A stretch of DNA of 64,000 nucleotides, taken from assembly GCA_041391785.1 (NCBI GenBank), contig JAWKNI010000015.1, forward strand, positions 8,398 to 72,397. The letters run 5' to 3'. Shown here in pieces: positions 11,198-21,458 of the stretch. This DNA comes from Flavobacteriales bacterium (lineage in GTDB: Bacteria > Bacteroidota > Bacteroidia > Flavobacteriales_F > PHOS-HE28). The notes below the pieces were generated by a model. The model was given only the letters and a program-made list of their open reading frames with translations. It did not search any database and had not been told where the DNA came from. The translations under genes and the position numbers were made by a program. The first letter of the stretch is position 1; every line of letters begins with the position of its first letter.

Positions 11198-12013
11198 ATG
11201 GTCCGATACTTCACCCACGGCGTTACGCTTGCCTACCGCACGTACGGCGATGGCCCCGCGCCGATGCTCGCCTTCCATGGGTTCGGGCGCACCGGTGCCG
11301 ACTTCGCCGTGCTGGAACAGGCGCTGGGCGGGCGTTGCACCCTGTATGCCTTCGACCTGCACTTCCACGGGCAAAGCCCCGGCTATCCCGATCGGGCCTT
11401 CAAGCCGTTCACGCCGGATGAACTAGCGGGCTTCTTCACGGCCTTCATGGATGCGTTGGGGGCGGCCCAGGTGCTCGTGCTGGGCTACAGCCTTGGCGGC
11501 AGGATGGTGTTGAGCCTGTTGGAGCAGGTGCCTGATCGCATTGAACGAGCCTTCCTGGTGGCCCCGGACGGGTTGCGCACGCGTCCATGGTACCGGGCAT
11601 TGGCGGCTTCAGCTGCGGGCCGCCGGTTGTACAAGCGTTTCGTGGAGCATCCCAACACGGTGCACACTTCCCTGAACGCCTTGCGATCCCTGCGCCTGAT
11701 GAATGAGCGGATGCACCGCTTCCTGGTGGGGCAGACGGATAGCAGGGCGAAGCGCCTGTTGTTGCACGACGTCTGGCTGAGCTATCGGCTCATCGAACCG
11801 GACCTGGCACGGGTGGGGGCGAATGCCCGGACCCACGAAGTGCCCATCCACCTCATCTTCGGGGCGCATGACCGGGTGATCCGCAGTGCGTTGGGGAAAG
11901 GGTTACGGTCGCATGCCCCGGAATGGGTCACCCAGGAGGACCTTCCGTTCGGCCATGCCCTGCTGGTGCCGGAGCTGGGGGTGAAGCTTGCGGAATACCT
12001 GAAGCCGCAATGA
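11198..12013 (+). CDS. Alpha/beta fold hydrolase
   Basis: LAFHGFG oxyanion motif, GYSLGG nucleophile elbow, C-terminal GHAL. Confidence 0.9.
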   Translation: MVRYFTHGVTLAYRTYGDGPAPMLAFHGFGRTGADFAVLEQALGGRCTLYAFDLHFHGQSPGYPDRAFKPFTPDELAGFFTAFMDALGAAQVLVLGYSLGGRMVLSLLEQVPDRIERAFLVAPDGLRTRPWYRALAASAAGRRLYKRFVEHPNTVHTSLNALRSLRLMNERMHRFLVGQTDSRAKRLLLHDVWLSYRLIEPDLARVGANARTHEVPIHLIFGAHDRVIRSALGKGLRSHAPEWVTQEDLPFGHALLVPELGVKLAEYLKPQ

Positions 12014-12041
12014 AAAAGGGCCGCCCAACAGGACAGCCCTT
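12013..12041 (-). terminator. Intrinsic terminator after rpmH, between convergent genes
   Basis: Minus strand AAGGGCTGTCC-TGTT-GGGCGGCCCTTTTT. Confidence 0.65.
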
Positions 12042-12061
12042 GACAGTTCGCAGGTACAGGA

Positions 12062-12217
12062 CTATTTGTGCGAAGGCTCGTCGCTTGTGGTGAGCTTGCG
12101 GCGGCCGCGTGCACGACGGGCGGAGAGGATGCTCCGGCCAGCGGCGGTGCTCATCCGCTTGCGGAAACCGTGCTTGTTGGTGCGCTTGCGCTTGCTGGGC
12201 TGGTAGGTGCGTTTCAT
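12062..12217 (-). CDS. rpmH: 50S ribosomal protein L34 (absent from the ORF track, 51 aa)
   Basis: [51 protein letters not shown]. Confidence 0.97.
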   Translation of the reverse strand: MKRTYQPSKRKRTNKHGFRKRMSTAAGRSILSARRARGRRKLTTSDEPSHK

Positions 12218-12267
12218 GGCCGTTCGTCCGTCTTAGGACCGGTGCCCATTTCCGGGCATCGGGGCGG

Positions 12268-12275
12268 CAAATGTA
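12268..12275 (-). promoter_or_regulatory. -7 box (TACATTTG) for rpmH
   Basis: TAnnTTTG consensus ~50 nt upstream of the ATG. Confidence 0.65.
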
Positions 12276-12309
12276 GGGCTTTTCCGGATCCCGCCAAATC
12301 GCGGATGGC

Positions 12310-13047
12310 CTATCGGGGGGCGAATCGCAACCGTTCGAGCCCGTAGGCCTGCACGCTGCCGTCCTCATGCTCCACGATCAACCGCCCGGATGCATCCACA
12401 TCCATGGGGCGCACCACGGCCGGGGCCCCGTCCAGCGCGACATCCGCCCAGCGGCCGCGTGCCCACAGGCGCTCGGCATAGGCGCCGGCAACATCAGTGT
12501 TGTTACGGCCCCACTGGTGCTCGAACCGCAGGCAGAGCTCCTCCAATAGCGTATTCCGGTCCAACGTTCGTCCTAGTTCCATGCACAGGCTGGTCGCAAC
12601 AAGCCCTTCCTCGAACCCGGAGCTGTTCACGTTCAGGCCGATGCCGATGATCGCCGAACGGACCATGTCGCCCAGCACCTCGGTACGGATGAGGATGCCG
12701 GCCACCTTGCGGCGCCCCACCAGGATGTCGTTCGGCCATTTGATGCGCACGTCGGGCAGGTATGTGGCCACGACATCGTACACGGCCAACGCAGCGCACC
12801 GCACCAGCATGAACTGGTCCTCGGCACGGAGTGTTTCGGGACGCAGGACGATGCTGAACGTGAGGTCCAGCCCCGGTGCGGAGTGCCATGTGCGGCCCCG
12901 CTGGCCACGTCCTGCCGTCTGTTCATGGGCAAGCACCACGGCACCATGATCCAAATGACCTGCGGTGATCATCTCGGCGGCGATGGTGTTGGTGCTTTCC
13001 ACCCGTGCCAGTTCGATGAGCTGCCTGCCGAATACCTTGGTGCGCAA
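12310..13047 (-). CDS. birA: Biotin-[acetyl-CoA-carboxylase] ligase (no HTH)
   Basis: VESTN, AHEQTAGRGQRGRTW, IKWPNDILVGRRKVAGIL, IGIGLNVN. TTG start inferred. Confidence 0.92.
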   Translation of the reverse strand: MRTKVFGRQLIELARVESTNTIAAEMITAGHLDHGAVVLAHEQTAGRGQRGRTWHSAPGLDLTFSIVLRPETLRAEDQFMLVRCAALAVYDVVATYLPDVRIKWPNDILVGRRKVAGILIRTEVLGDMVRSAIIGIGLNVNSSGFEEGLVATSLCMELGRTLDRNTLLEELCLRFEHQWGRNNTDVAGAYAERLWARGRWADVALDGAPAVVRPMDVDASGRLIVEHEDGSVQAYGLERLRFAPR

Positions 13048-13093
13048 CGGAGGAGGGTTGAGGTCGGGAGCGTAGGCAGCGTAGGTAACTTCG

Positions 13094-13101
13094 TACCTTT
13101 G
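13094..13101 (+). promoter_or_regulatory. -7 box (TACCTTTG) for the rsfS-ftsH operon
   Basis: TAnnTTTG consensus 21 nt upstream of the rsfS ATG. Confidence 0.7.
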
Positions 13102-13122
13102 AGCGAACGCAAGATAGACCGG

Positions 13123-13497
13123 ATGAAGAAGAAACTGGGCGCCGAGAGCGCCCGCCTGGTGGATGCCGTTGTGGAGGGCATCCAGGAAGTGAAGGGCAAG
13201 GACATCGTCCATCTGGACCTTCGCGGAGTGCCGAATACGGTCACGGACCATCTGATCATCTGCCATGGCGACTCCGATACCCAGGTGGCGTCGATCACGG
13301 CGTCGGTCGAGCGGTTCACCCTGGAGAAAGTGGGGGAGAAGCCCTGGGCAACGGAAGGACAACGGAATGGTGAGTGGGTGTTGTTGGATTACGTGAACGT
13401 GGTGGTGCACATCTTCCACCGGGACAAGCGCAGCTATTATGCGCTGGAGGACCTGTGGGGGGATGGTGACAGCAAGCGGTATGAGAACGTGGCGTGA
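13123..13497 (+). CDS. rsfS: Ribosome silencing factor
   Basis: IQEVKGKDIVHLDLR, IICHGDSDTQV, WVLLDYVNVVVHIF, YALEDLWGD. Confidence 0.95.
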   Translation: MKKKLGAESARLVDAVVEGIQEVKGKDIVHLDLRGVPNTVTDHLIICHGDSDTQVASITASVERFTLEKVGEKPWATEGQRNGEWVLLDYVNVVVHIFHRDKRSYYALEDLWGDGDSKRYENVA

Positions 13498-13517
13498 ACG
13501 GTTGAACTGAGGATATC

Positions 13518-15530
13518 GTGGAGAACAACGACAAGAAGGACCGGAATGAGAAGGACCGCCCGAAGCGGTCGTTCAACTTCTACTGGATCTACGGGATCAT
13601 CATCCTGGTGATCCTCTCGATCAATCTCTTCCAATACAGCGGAGGGATGACGCGCATCGACACCACCGAGTACCGCAAGATGCTCGAGGCCGGTGACGTG
13701 GAAAAGATCCTGGTGGTGAACGACCAGATGGTGAAGGTCTTCATCAAGAAGGACAGCCTGGGCAAGGAGCCGCACAAGACGAAGATCAAGAGCTCGCCCA
13801 TTTCCGGCGAGAACATTTATGGGCCGCACTACGTCTTCAATGTGGGTTCATCGAACCTGCAGAAGGACCGTTTGGTGAAGGAGGCCGAACAGCACAATGT
13901 CGAGTACGATTACGAGATCCAGGACAACTGGGGGCGTGAGATCCTGAACTGGGTGCTCTTCTTCGGTGTGATGATCGCCATCTGGATCTTCGTGATGCGA
14001 CGGATCGGCGGCGGCGGTGGTCCGGGTGGCCAGATCTTCAACATCGGCAAGAGCCGGGCACAGGTCTTCGAAGGGGGAAAGAGCACCAATGTCAATTTCA
14101 ACGACGTGGCAGGGCTGGACGAGGCCAAAGAGGAACTGCAGGAGATCGTGGACTTCCTGAAGAACCCGAAGAAATACACCGATCTCGGGGCGAAGATCCC
14201 GAAGGGCGCGCTGTTGGTGGGGCCTCCGGGCACGGGCAAGACCCTGCTTGCGAAGGCAGTGGCGGGGGAGGCCAACGTACCGTTCTTCTCGCTCAGTGGT
14301 TCCGACTTTGTGGAGATGTTCGTGGGCGTGGGGGCAAGCCGTGTGCGCGACCTGTTCAAGCAGGCCAAGGAGAAGGCACCCAGCATCATCTTCATCGACG
14401 AGATCGATGCCATCGGGCGCGCTCGCGGCCGCAGCGTGAGCATGGGCGCCAACGACGAGCGCGAGAATACGCTGAACCAGCTGCTGACGGAGATGGACGG
14501 CTTCGGCACCAACTCCGGGGTGATCCTCATCGGGGCCACCAACCGTGCCGATGTGCTGGACCGTGCGTTGATGCGCGCAGGCCGTTTCGACCGGCAGATC
14601 TTCGTGGACATGCCCGATCTGAACGAGCGGGAGGAGATCCTGAAGGTGCACCTCAAACCGTTGAAGCTGGACATCACGGTGGACGTGTCGTTCCTGGCCC
14701 GCCAGACACCCGGTTTCAGCGGTGCGGACCTTGCCAACATCTGCAACGAAGCGGCCCTGATCGCCGCACGGAAGAAGAAGAAGTCCGTGGACAAACAGGA
14801 CTTCCTGGATGCCGTGGACCGCGTGATCGGCGGGTTGGAGAAGAAGAACAAGATCATCACGCTGGGTGAGAAGCAGGCCATCGCGTACCATGAGGCAGGG
14901 CACGCCACCGTGAGCTGGTTGGTGGAGCACGCCAGCCCCCTGGTGAAGGTGACGATCGTACCGCGCGGACGTTCGCTCGGTGCGGCATGGTACCTGCCCG
15001 ATGAGCGCCACCTGACCACCACCGAGCAGATGCTGGACGAGATCTGCGCCGCCCTGGGCGGAAGGGCCGCGGAGGATGTGATGTACGGCAAGGTGAGCAC
15101 CGGCGCGCTGAGCGACCTGGAGAAAGTGACCAAGCAGGCCTATGCCATGGTCACCATGTACGGGTTGAACGAGAAGCTCGGCAACATCAGCTACTACGAC
15201 AGTTCAGGCCAGAACGAATACTCGTTCGGCAAACCATACAGCGAAAGCACGGCCCGCACCATCGACGAGGAGGTGAGCAAGATCGTGGAAGGTCAATACC
15301 AGCGGGCCAAGCGCCTGCTGATCGAGAACAAGGACAAGCTGACCGCACTCGCCACCCAGCTGTTGGAGAAGGAGGTGATCTTCAAGGAGGACCTGCTGAA
15401 GATCTTCGGTGAGCGGCCGTTCGAGAAGCCTACTCCTGTTCCACCTTCCAACGGCCACCGGAAGTCCGGGCCATCCGATGTGCCTGATACCGTGCCCGGT
15501 GGCGAGGGGCGGGATCCTGCCGCGTCGTGA
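13518..15530 (+). CDS. ftsH: ATP-dependent zinc metalloprotease FtsH
   Basis: Two TM segments, GPPGTGKT Walker A, IIFIDEID Walker B, AYHEAGH zinc motif. Confidence 0.98.
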   Translation: MENNDKKDRNEKDRPKRSFNFYWIYGIIILVILSINLFQYSGGMTRIDTTEYRKMLEAGDVEKILVVNDQMVKVFIKKDSLGKEPHKTKIKSSPISGENIYGPHYVFNVGSSNLQKDRLVKEAEQHNVEYDYEIQDNWGREILNWVLFFGVMIAIWIFVMRRIGGGGGPGGQIFNIGKSRAQVFEGGKSTNVNFNDVAGLDEAKEELQEIVDFLKNPKKYTDLGAKIPKGALLVGPPGTGKTLLAKAVAGEANVPFFSLSGSDFVEMFVGVGASRVRDLFKQAKEKAPSIIFIDEIDAIGRARGRSVSMGANDERENTLNQLLTEMDGFGTNSGVILIGATNRADVLDRALMRAGRFDRQIFVDMPDLNEREEILKVHLKPLKLDITVDVSFLARQTPGFSGADLANICNEAALIAARKKKKSVDKQDFLDAVDRVIGGLEKKNKIITLGEKQAIAYHEAGHATVSWLVEHASPLVKVTIVPRGRSLGAAWYLPDERHLTTTEQMLDEICAALGGRAAEDVMYGKVSTGALSDLEKVTKQAYAMVTMYGLNEKLGNISYYDSSGQNEYSFGKPYSESTARTIDEEVSKIVEGQYQRAKRLLIENKDKLTALATQLLEKEVIFKEDLLKIFGERPFEKPTPVPPSNGHRKSGPSDVPDTVPGGEGRDPAAS

Positions 15531-15545
15531 TCGATCTTGCAGCCC

Positions 15546-15752
15546 ATGAGGAACTGGTCGCTTGTGCTCAGTACCGGTTCGCCGCATGAGGCGGAGCTCA
15601 TCAAAGGCCTGCTGGAGAACCACGGCATCAGCGCAGTGGTGATGGATGAAGGGTCCTCGGCCTACCCGCACCTCGGCGAGAAGCGGATCTATGTGGACCA
15701 GGATGAACTGGTGCGTGCAAAGCATCTGGTGAGCAAACACAGGGACCAGTGA
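15546..15752 (+). CDS. DUF2007-like small protein
   Basis: EAELIKGLLENHGISAVV...IYV..DELVRAK pattern; operonic position. Confidence 0.7.
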   Translation: MRNWSLVLSTGSPHEAELIKGLLENHGISAVVMDEGSSAYPHLGEKRIYVDQDELVRAKHLVSKHRDQ

Positions 15753-16552
15753 ACGAGCTCGGCACACGTGCGTTGACCGGTTCGGCCTATGTGGCCTTGA
15801 CCCTGGGTGCGGCATTCGCAGGACCGTTCACCACCTTCCTGCTCTTCTTTCCGGTATGTCTCCTGGCCGCGGACGAGATGCATCGCCTCATGCGGCCGGA
15901 CAATGAAGGCACGCCGCGTACATGGAGCATCCTGCTGGCGGCCACCATGTATCCCGCCACCGCCATGGGCGTGTTCCAGGAGGACTGGGATCTCCTTTAC
16001 TCCGCGATGTTGTTCGCACTGCTGCTGTTGGTCACCGTGGTGCTGATGATGATCAAAGGGGACCGGCCACCTGCGGAAGGGCTGGGCGGAGCCTTCATCA
16101 TCATGTTGCTCGTGAGCGTTCCTTTCGGGCTGCTGCCGTATTTCTTCGACCACGGGAAGTGGGTCTTCGTTGGTTTCATGCTGTTGTTGTGGACGAACGA
16201 TACCGGTGCATACCTCGTTGGCCGGGCGATCGGTCGCGTCAAACTCATGCCGTCCGTAAGCCCGAACAAGACCCTTGAGGGTTTCCTGGGGGGCGTGGTC
16301 CTCACCCTTGGCGTCGCATTCGTACTGGCACGGTACCGACCGGAACTGGGCATGTATCACTGGCTGGCCTGCGGTGCGATCGTGGCGGTCACCTCCACCC
16401 TCGGCGATCTCATGGAATCGGCGTTCAAGAGGGCCCGCGGGGTGAAGGACTCGGGCCGTATCCTTCCCGGCCACGGCGGCATCCTGGACCGGTTCGATGG
16501 GTTCCTGCTGGCGGTGCCTGCGGTGCTGCTGTTCCTGTGGTACATCGATTGA
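15749..16552 (+). CDS. cdsA: Phosphatidate cytidylyltransferase
   Basis: WTNDTGAYLVG, SVSPNKTLEG, GDLMESAFKR..GVKDSGRILPGHGGILDRFDG. Confidence 0.95.
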   Translation: MNELGTRALTGSAYVALTLGAAFAGPFTTFLLFFPVCLLAADEMHRLMRPDNEGTPRTWSILLAATMYPATAMGVFQEDWDLLYSAMLFALLLLVTVVLMMIKGDRPPAEGLGGAFIIMLLVSVPFGLLPYFFDHGKWVFVGFMLLLWTNDTGAYLVGRAIGRVKLMPSVSPNKTLEGFLGGVVLTLGVAFVLARYRPELGMYHWLACGAIVAVTSTLGDLMESAFKRARGVKDSGRILPGHGGILDRFDGFLLAVPAVLLFLWYID

Positions 16553-16599
16553 GTTCGGGCGTGCTTCTATCTTAGCCCGCTTCAGGCCTCGTTGCACGC

Positions 16600-17259
16600 A
16601 TGCGCATTCATCGCGAAGGAGTACCCACCATCTTGATCACCACGGCGGTGGTCTGCTTCGCGCTCTTCTTCTTGTGGCGCTGGCCGGTGCTGCCGCAGCC
16701 GCTCATCATCCTGTTATCCGCGGCCTTCGTGGCCGTGCTAGCTGTGGTACTCTGGTTCTTCCGGGTCCCCGCTCGCAAGGTCGTTCAGGACAAGGACGCG
16801 GTCCTTTCGCCCTGCGATGGCAAGGTGGTGGTGATCGAGGAGGTCTTCGAGCCGGAGTATTTCAAGGATCGGCGTGTGCAGGTGTCGATCTTCATGAGCC
16901 CGCTGAATGTGCACATCAACTTCGATCCCATCAGCGGTACCACCACCTACACGAAGTATCACCCTGGAAAGTACCTCGTCGCCTGGCACCCGAAGAGCAG
17001 CACGGACAATGAGCGGAGTACGGTGGTCACGCGGCATGCGGAGCATGGTGAGGTGCTCTTCCGACAGATCGCAGGTGCCATGGCCCGCCGCATTTGCACG
17101 TACAGCAAGGTCGGCGCACAGGCGGAACAGGGTTCAGAGTTCGGCTTCATCAAGTTCGGCTCCCGCGTGGACCTGTTCCTTCCCATCGGTTCCGTGATCG
17201 AGGTGCAGCTCGGACAAAAGGTGAGCGGGTCCACTTCGGTGATCGCACGATTCCGATGA
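16600..17259 (+). CDS. psd: Phosphatidylserine decarboxylase proenzyme (short type)
   Basis: LSPCDGKV, SIFMSPLNVH, GFIKFGSRVD self-cleavage motif. Confidence 0.93.
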   Translation: MRIHREGVPTILITTAVVCFALFFLWRWPVLPQPLIILLSAAFVAVLAVVLWFFRVPARKVVQDKDAVLSPCDGKVVVIEEVFEPEYFKDRRVQVSIFMSPLNVHINFDPISGTTTYTKYHPGKYLVAWHPKSSTDNERSTVVTRHAEHGEVLFRQIAGAMARRICTYSKVGAQAEQGSEFGFIKFGSRVDLFLPIGSVIEVQLGQKVSGSTSVIARFR

Positions 17260-17397
17260 TCCTTCCGAGGCCATCGCTACCTCTTGTCCAGGGTGGCGAT
17301 GTGGCCTTGTCCTGGAGGTGATCACCACCGCGGGTACCGGCTGATGCGGTCCGCCTGCATCGAACGGTGCCACACGGCCCTGCGGCGAGAGCAGCCC

Positions 17398-18093
17398 TTA
17401 CAGGAGAATGGCACGGAGGTCATCCAAGTGACCCACGCGGAACGTTGCCTCCGGATCGGGAGCGGTAGCGGCCGTGTAGTGCGCATGGTCCCATCCGGCC
17501 AGTCGGGCACCGGCCATGTCCGTTCCGTGGTTGTCGCCGATCATCAGGCATTCCTCCGGGGCCGCATCCGTGTGGCGCAGTGCGAAGGCGAAGATCCTTG
17601 GGTCGGGCTTCTTCGCACCGGCCTTTTCGCTGGTGATCACCGTGCGGAAGAACGATCCGATCCCGCTGGTGCTCAATTTCACGTGCTGCACCTCTTCGAA
17701 TCCGTTCGTGATGATGTGGAGTGCATAGTGCGGGCGCAGGTCCGTGAGCAGTTGCAACGTGCCGGGCATCAGCGCCGCCTTCATCGGGCTGTGGTGCAGG
17801 TAGTCCCGGCCCAGCGCGTCCGCCAGCCCACCATCGCGCACCCCGAAGTGCATGAGGGTATTTCGGAACCGCAACACGCGCAACACCTCCTTGTCGAGGT
17901 GGCCACGTTCGTAGCGCTGCCACAGTCCGTGGTTCACCTCTTCATACACCTCGATGAACGAAGCGGCATCGGTCACTCCCTGTGCCGCGAGTCCATGATG
18001 GACGAATAATTCGGCCAGTGTGGCGCGCGAGTTCGTGGTGAAGTCCCACAAGGTGTGGTCCAGGTCGAAGAAGAGGTGTCGATAGCGCCTCAC
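17398..18093 (-). CDS. yjjG: YjjG-family HAD pyrimidine nucleotidase
   Basis: FFDLDHTLWD, IITNG, KKPDPRIF, MIGDN HAD motifs. Confidence 0.85.
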   Translation of the reverse strand: MRRYRHLFFDLDHTLWDFTTNSRATLAELFVHHGLAAQGVTDAASFIEVYEEVNHGLWQRYERGHLDKEVLRVLRFRNTLMHFGVRDGGLADALGRDYLHHSPMKAALMPGTLQLLTDLRPHYALHIITNGFEEVQHVKLSTSGIGSFFRTVITSEKAGAKKPDPRIFAFALRHTDAAPEECLMIGDNHGTDMAGARLAGWDHAHYTAATAPDPEATFRVGHLDDLRAILL

Positions 18094-18545
18094 CGTGTGA
18101 AACTCCAGGCAAAGCTCAGGACCACGGACCAGATGAGCACGGAGGAAAGGAGCGCGGGCAGCGTGCGGCGGTCATGCCTGAAGTACTTGGCTGCGATCAC
18201 CGATCCGATGGGGATGGAAAGGATGGCCGGTCCGATCACCGCAAGCCCCTGCAGGCCGTAACCGCGCTTCACACGCACGATGAGGCGGTTGGTGCGCGTG
18301 AAGATGCGCTTCGCAGGAAGCCCCTGTGCCTTGCGCTCGGCCATCCGCCGCAGATGCCGCAGCCGGAACCACTCCAGCACACGGGCGCTGGTGAAATAGA
18401 AGATCAAGGTGCCAGCGCAACCGCCGGCGCTCGTGAGGAGCACGGTCTCCAGGAAGGAATTGCCCAACCGGTAGGAGACAAGTCCACTGAACAGGAATTT
18501 GACCATGCTGGTAAGCACCACCGGAATGATGTCCAGCAGTTCCAT
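18090..18545 (-). CDS. Hypothetical membrane protein
   Basis: Hydrophobic helices; translationally coupled between upp and yjjG. Confidence 0.7.
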   Translation of the reverse strand: MELLDIIPVVLTSMVKFLFSGLVSYRLGNSFLETVLLTSAGGCAGTLIFYFTSARVLEWFRLRHLRRMAERKAQGLPAKRIFTRTNRLIVRVKRGYGLQGLAVIGPAILSIPIGSVIAAKYFRHDRRTLPALLSSVLIWSVVLSFAWSFTR

Positions 18546-18547
18546 GG

Positions 18548-19198
18548 TCAGAGTTTGCTGCCGTACGCGAGGTCGCCCGCATCCCCGAGCCCGGGCACGA
18601 TGTACGCCTGTGCGGTCATTTCCTCATCCACTGCTCCGATCCAGAAGTGTGTGCCGGAAGGCAGGTGGAGTTTGGCGTATTCAAGCCCCTCAGCGCTGGC
18701 GATGGCGGCGACCACGTGCAACGAACGTGGTTTGCCCAGGCGCAACAGGGCCTTGTGCACCAATACCATGCTCCGGCCGGTGGCGAGCATGGGGTCACAA
18801 AGCACGACCACGCGGTCCTGCAATGAAGGGCTGGAGAGGTATTCCACCTCGATGTCGAAGGCATCCTCGCCTTTGCGATGCTTGCGGTAAGCGCTCACGA
18901 ATGCGCTGTCCGCACGGTCGAAATAGTTCAGCATCCCCTGGTGCATCGGCAGCCCGGCGCGCAGGATGGTGGCCAGTACGGGCTGTTCCCGGAGCAGATG
19001 GGTGCGCGCGACACCAAGCGGTGTCACCACATCTACCTCATCGTATTCAAGCGTGCGGCTCAGCTCCATGGCGATCGCTTCACCGACGCGTTCCAGGTTC
19101 CGTCGGAAGCGCATCGGGTCCATCTGCACATCGACATCACGGAGTTCCGCGATGAAGTGGTTCGCCACGCTGCGCTCCTTGATCAATTCCTTCACCAT
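18548..19198 (-). CDS. upp: Uracil phosphoribosyltransferase
   Basis: ILRAGLPM, VLCDPMLATGRS, AYIVPGLGDAGDLAYG. Confidence 0.96.
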   Translation of the reverse strand: MVKELIKERSVANHFIAELRDVDVQMDPMRFRRNLERVGEAIAMELSRTLEYDEVDVVTPLGVARTHLLREQPVLATILRAGLPMHQGMLNYFDRADSAFVSAYRKHRKGEDAFDIEVEYLSSPSLQDRVVVLCDPMLATGRSMVLVHKALLRLGKPRSLHVVAAIASAEGLEYAKLHLPSGTHFWIGAVDEEMTAQAYIVPGLGDAGDLAYGSKL

Positions 19199-19205
19199 GG
19201 GGCCA

Positions 19206-20117
19206 TCATTGCTTGAAGAGGTTGAGGGGGAAGGGAAGTTCGTTCCGCCGCAGGCGTAAATATACCGAGGTGCGCGCACCGAATCCGTCGTTGAAGCGGG
19301 CAACGGAAGGCGTGTTCGACCCGGCGAAGTCAAGGATGGTGCATTCGCCAGTGATCGATCGGATGTGCCGATCGATGAGGTGGAACATGGCCTTTGCTTC
19401 CCGGCCACGGGCATCCGAGGCGGATTTGAAGAGAATGGAGCGTCCCAGCCAGGTCATGAAACACACGGCGGCGCACAACACGCCATCCATTCGGATCCCG
19501 GTCATCCGGCCCTGGCCTCGCGCGCACGCTTCGCGGATAAGTGCTTCCATGGTGCGCATGTCCCGTGGGGCGTTGCTCCCGAAACGGTCACCTGTGGTCC
19601 GATCGAAAAGTGCAACGAACTCCGGCACCTCGATCTCCGTGGTGAAAAGCGCCGCCAATGCTTCACTCTTCCGCAGGTTCCGACGGTGGTTCTCCGAATA
19701 GGCTGCGCGCAGCGCCTGATGTTCGCGATCGAGGGGCAGCCACTGGTCCTTGTTCTCCACCGTTGTGGAATGCGTCAGTGCGACCCGGTCATAGGGATCG
19801 TTCAGGCAGATGTCCCAGTACTTGAAGCGGGAAGGGATGGCTTCCAGGGTTCGATGCAGCAGCGCGGTCGTGGGTCGGGGCGCGAAGACGCCGAGTTGCT
19901 GCAGACCGTACGGTTGAAAGAGATAGGACCATCCGAAGCGACGGCGCCAGGTCAAGGGCATGATCGCACCGGTCTCCCTGTCGATCAAAGCCTCCCAACC
20001 GGGAGAGGCCGCATCAAGCACCCAGCTCTGCGCATACCAGGAGCGGTTCGCGCAGCGCAGGTGCAGTGCATCCCATTCCGCCTTGTCCAGGTCGCTATGG
20101 CGGTAATGTTCGATCAT
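19206..20117 (-). CDS. GNAT/FemAB-like acyltransferase
   Basis: LFQPYGLQQLGVF, NHRRNLRK, ILDFAGSNTPSVARFNDGFGA. Confidence 0.7.
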   Translation of the reverse strand: MIEHYRHSDLDKAEWDALHLRCANRSWYAQSWVLDAASPGWEALIDRETGAIMPLTWRRRFGWSYLFQPYGLQQLGVFAPRPTTALLHRTLEAIPSRFKYWDICLNDPYDRVALTHSTTVENKDQWLPLDREHQALRAAYSENHRRNLRKSEALAALFTTEIEVPEFVALFDRTTGDRFGSNAPRDMRTMEALIREACARGQGRMTGIRMDGVLCAAVCFMTWLGRSILFKSASDARGREAKAMFHLIDRHIRSITGECTILDFAGSNTPSVARFNDGFGARTSVYLRLRRNELPFPLNLFKQ

Positions 20118-21421
20118 GCCGCAGCTGTCCGTATGATGCGTTCGACGGCGCCGGCCCAGCCGCGGAATTCTCCGCTGTCACTAAGGAAACTCTCGTGCCA
20201 GAGCCCGGTGAAGGTGCCCTGCACGGTTCGGATACGTTGGATCAGCGCGGTCGTATGTTCCACGGCCTCTCCAGGAGTCCAGTGCAGTTTGTTGCGCAAC
20301 GTGTTGTCCATCACCGCGAAAGGGTGGACCATAAGCGGCGTCACCGTCTCCTGCGGAATGTCGAACCAGGGGTACGGGGTGCATGTGCCCGCACGGAAAC
20401 CGATACGGTCGTGCAGACCCATGGTATGATCCTCGGTGATGCCGGCCGCGATGAGGGCGCGGTAGGTATCTGGCAGGCGCAGGCGCAGGAAGTGCTGTCG
20501 CGAGAGCCTTCCTGTGGAGGGCACCACGGAACGAAGTGTGGTGTACTGCTTTCCGATGAGGTCCGTGTTCACGCTACTGTCATAAGAGGGGTGTATGCCC
20601 ACCTCCGCCCACCGGCCGAGGTCATTCAGCCTGGAGCGATAACGCGGATGGGTGATCGGGATGGCGTGGTCCATCGGACCGCGGGCGGAGGTGAGCACGA
20701 AGAAGACCACACGATCCGCGTAGGGTGCGATCAAGCGCTCCAGCTCGGCATACACATCGAAGGGGTCTTTGCGTTGGCCGGCAAGAACAGCGATCCGGTC
20801 CCTGATCCCGGACCAATCCGCGCGGAACAGATCGCGGCTTGCGGCCCCCACGCTGCGCCACACTTCCCGTCCCAGGTATTTGAATCCGTTGTCCAGATCG
20901 ATGGTGGCGACCTGCCTGTAAGTGCGCTGCGCGATCTCGATCCGTGGGTCGAAGCGTTGCAATGCCTTACCAAGGTGCATGGCCCATTCGTCCACCACGG
21001 GTCGGTCCAGGTACCCATGTTTCGCTCCGTGCAAGGTTGCGGTCACGGGTCTGCCGTGCATGTCCAGGTCCACACCTGTCAACTCCTCGTGGCGCGTCAA
21101 GAGGTAGAACGCTCCGGCGAACGGATCGAATGGGAGGTCCCCGTCCGTGGTAGGAAAGAGTACGGGCATCCCATCCACGGCACCAACAGCCGGGTCGATG
21201 GTCTCAAGTCCGGTCCGCTCCAGCAACCCCGCCGGTGCGATATGGAATGCGCCCGGTACGGGGGCTCGTCCATAGAACAGCAACGGTGCATCCTGGGATC
21301 CCGCATCCAGCGGGCGATCGATGTACTCAACGTGCAGCCCCAGGATCCCTCGCAGGAGATGGTCCAACGCGTAGCGTGCCCGGGCGGTGGGCTGTTCAAT
21401 ATGTACCAGGATCCGCGTCAT
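20114..21421 (-). CDS. Polysaccharide deacetylase family protein
   Basis: TIDLD, EVGIHPSY, RQHFLRL, TGLWH (NodB-like motifs). Start moved to MTRILVH. Confidence 0.8.
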   Translation of the reverse strand: MTRILVHIEQPTARARYALDHLLRGILGLHVEYIDRPLDAGSQDAPLLFYGRAPVPGAFHIAPAGLLERTGLETIDPAVGAVDGMPVLFPTTDGDLPFDPFAGAFYLLTRHEELTGVDLDMHGRPVTATLHGAKHGYLDRPVVDEWAMHLGKALQRFDPRIEIAQRTYRQVATIDLDNGFKYLGREVWRSVGAASRDLFRADWSGIRDRIAVLAGQRKDPFDVYAELERLIAPYADRVVFFVLTSARGPMDHAIPITHPRYRSRLNDLGRWAEVGIHPSYDSSVNTDLIGKQYTTLRSVVPSTGRLSRQHFLRLRLPDTYRALIAAGITEDHTMGLHDRIGFRAGTCTPYPWFDIPQETVTPLMVHPFAVMDNTLRNKLHWTPGEAVEHTTALIQRIRTVQGTFTGLWHESFLSDSGEFRGWAGAVERIIRTAAA

Positions 21422-21458
21422 TCCGACAAGCAACGCGGGAAAGGTAACCGGCTTGTGG

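Noticed and set aside
13848-15133. Long antisense ORFs over ftsH, and similar ones at 20066-21541, 38860-40440 and 48034-49119
   Set aside because: Mirror frames of well-supported genes, expected at this GC content.
17260-17397. Structured ncRNA (e.g. SRP RNA) in the psd-yjjG gap
   Set aside because: Hairpins are present but the SRP CAGG/GGAA/GCAGC arrangement is not; more likely a terminator region between convergent genes.
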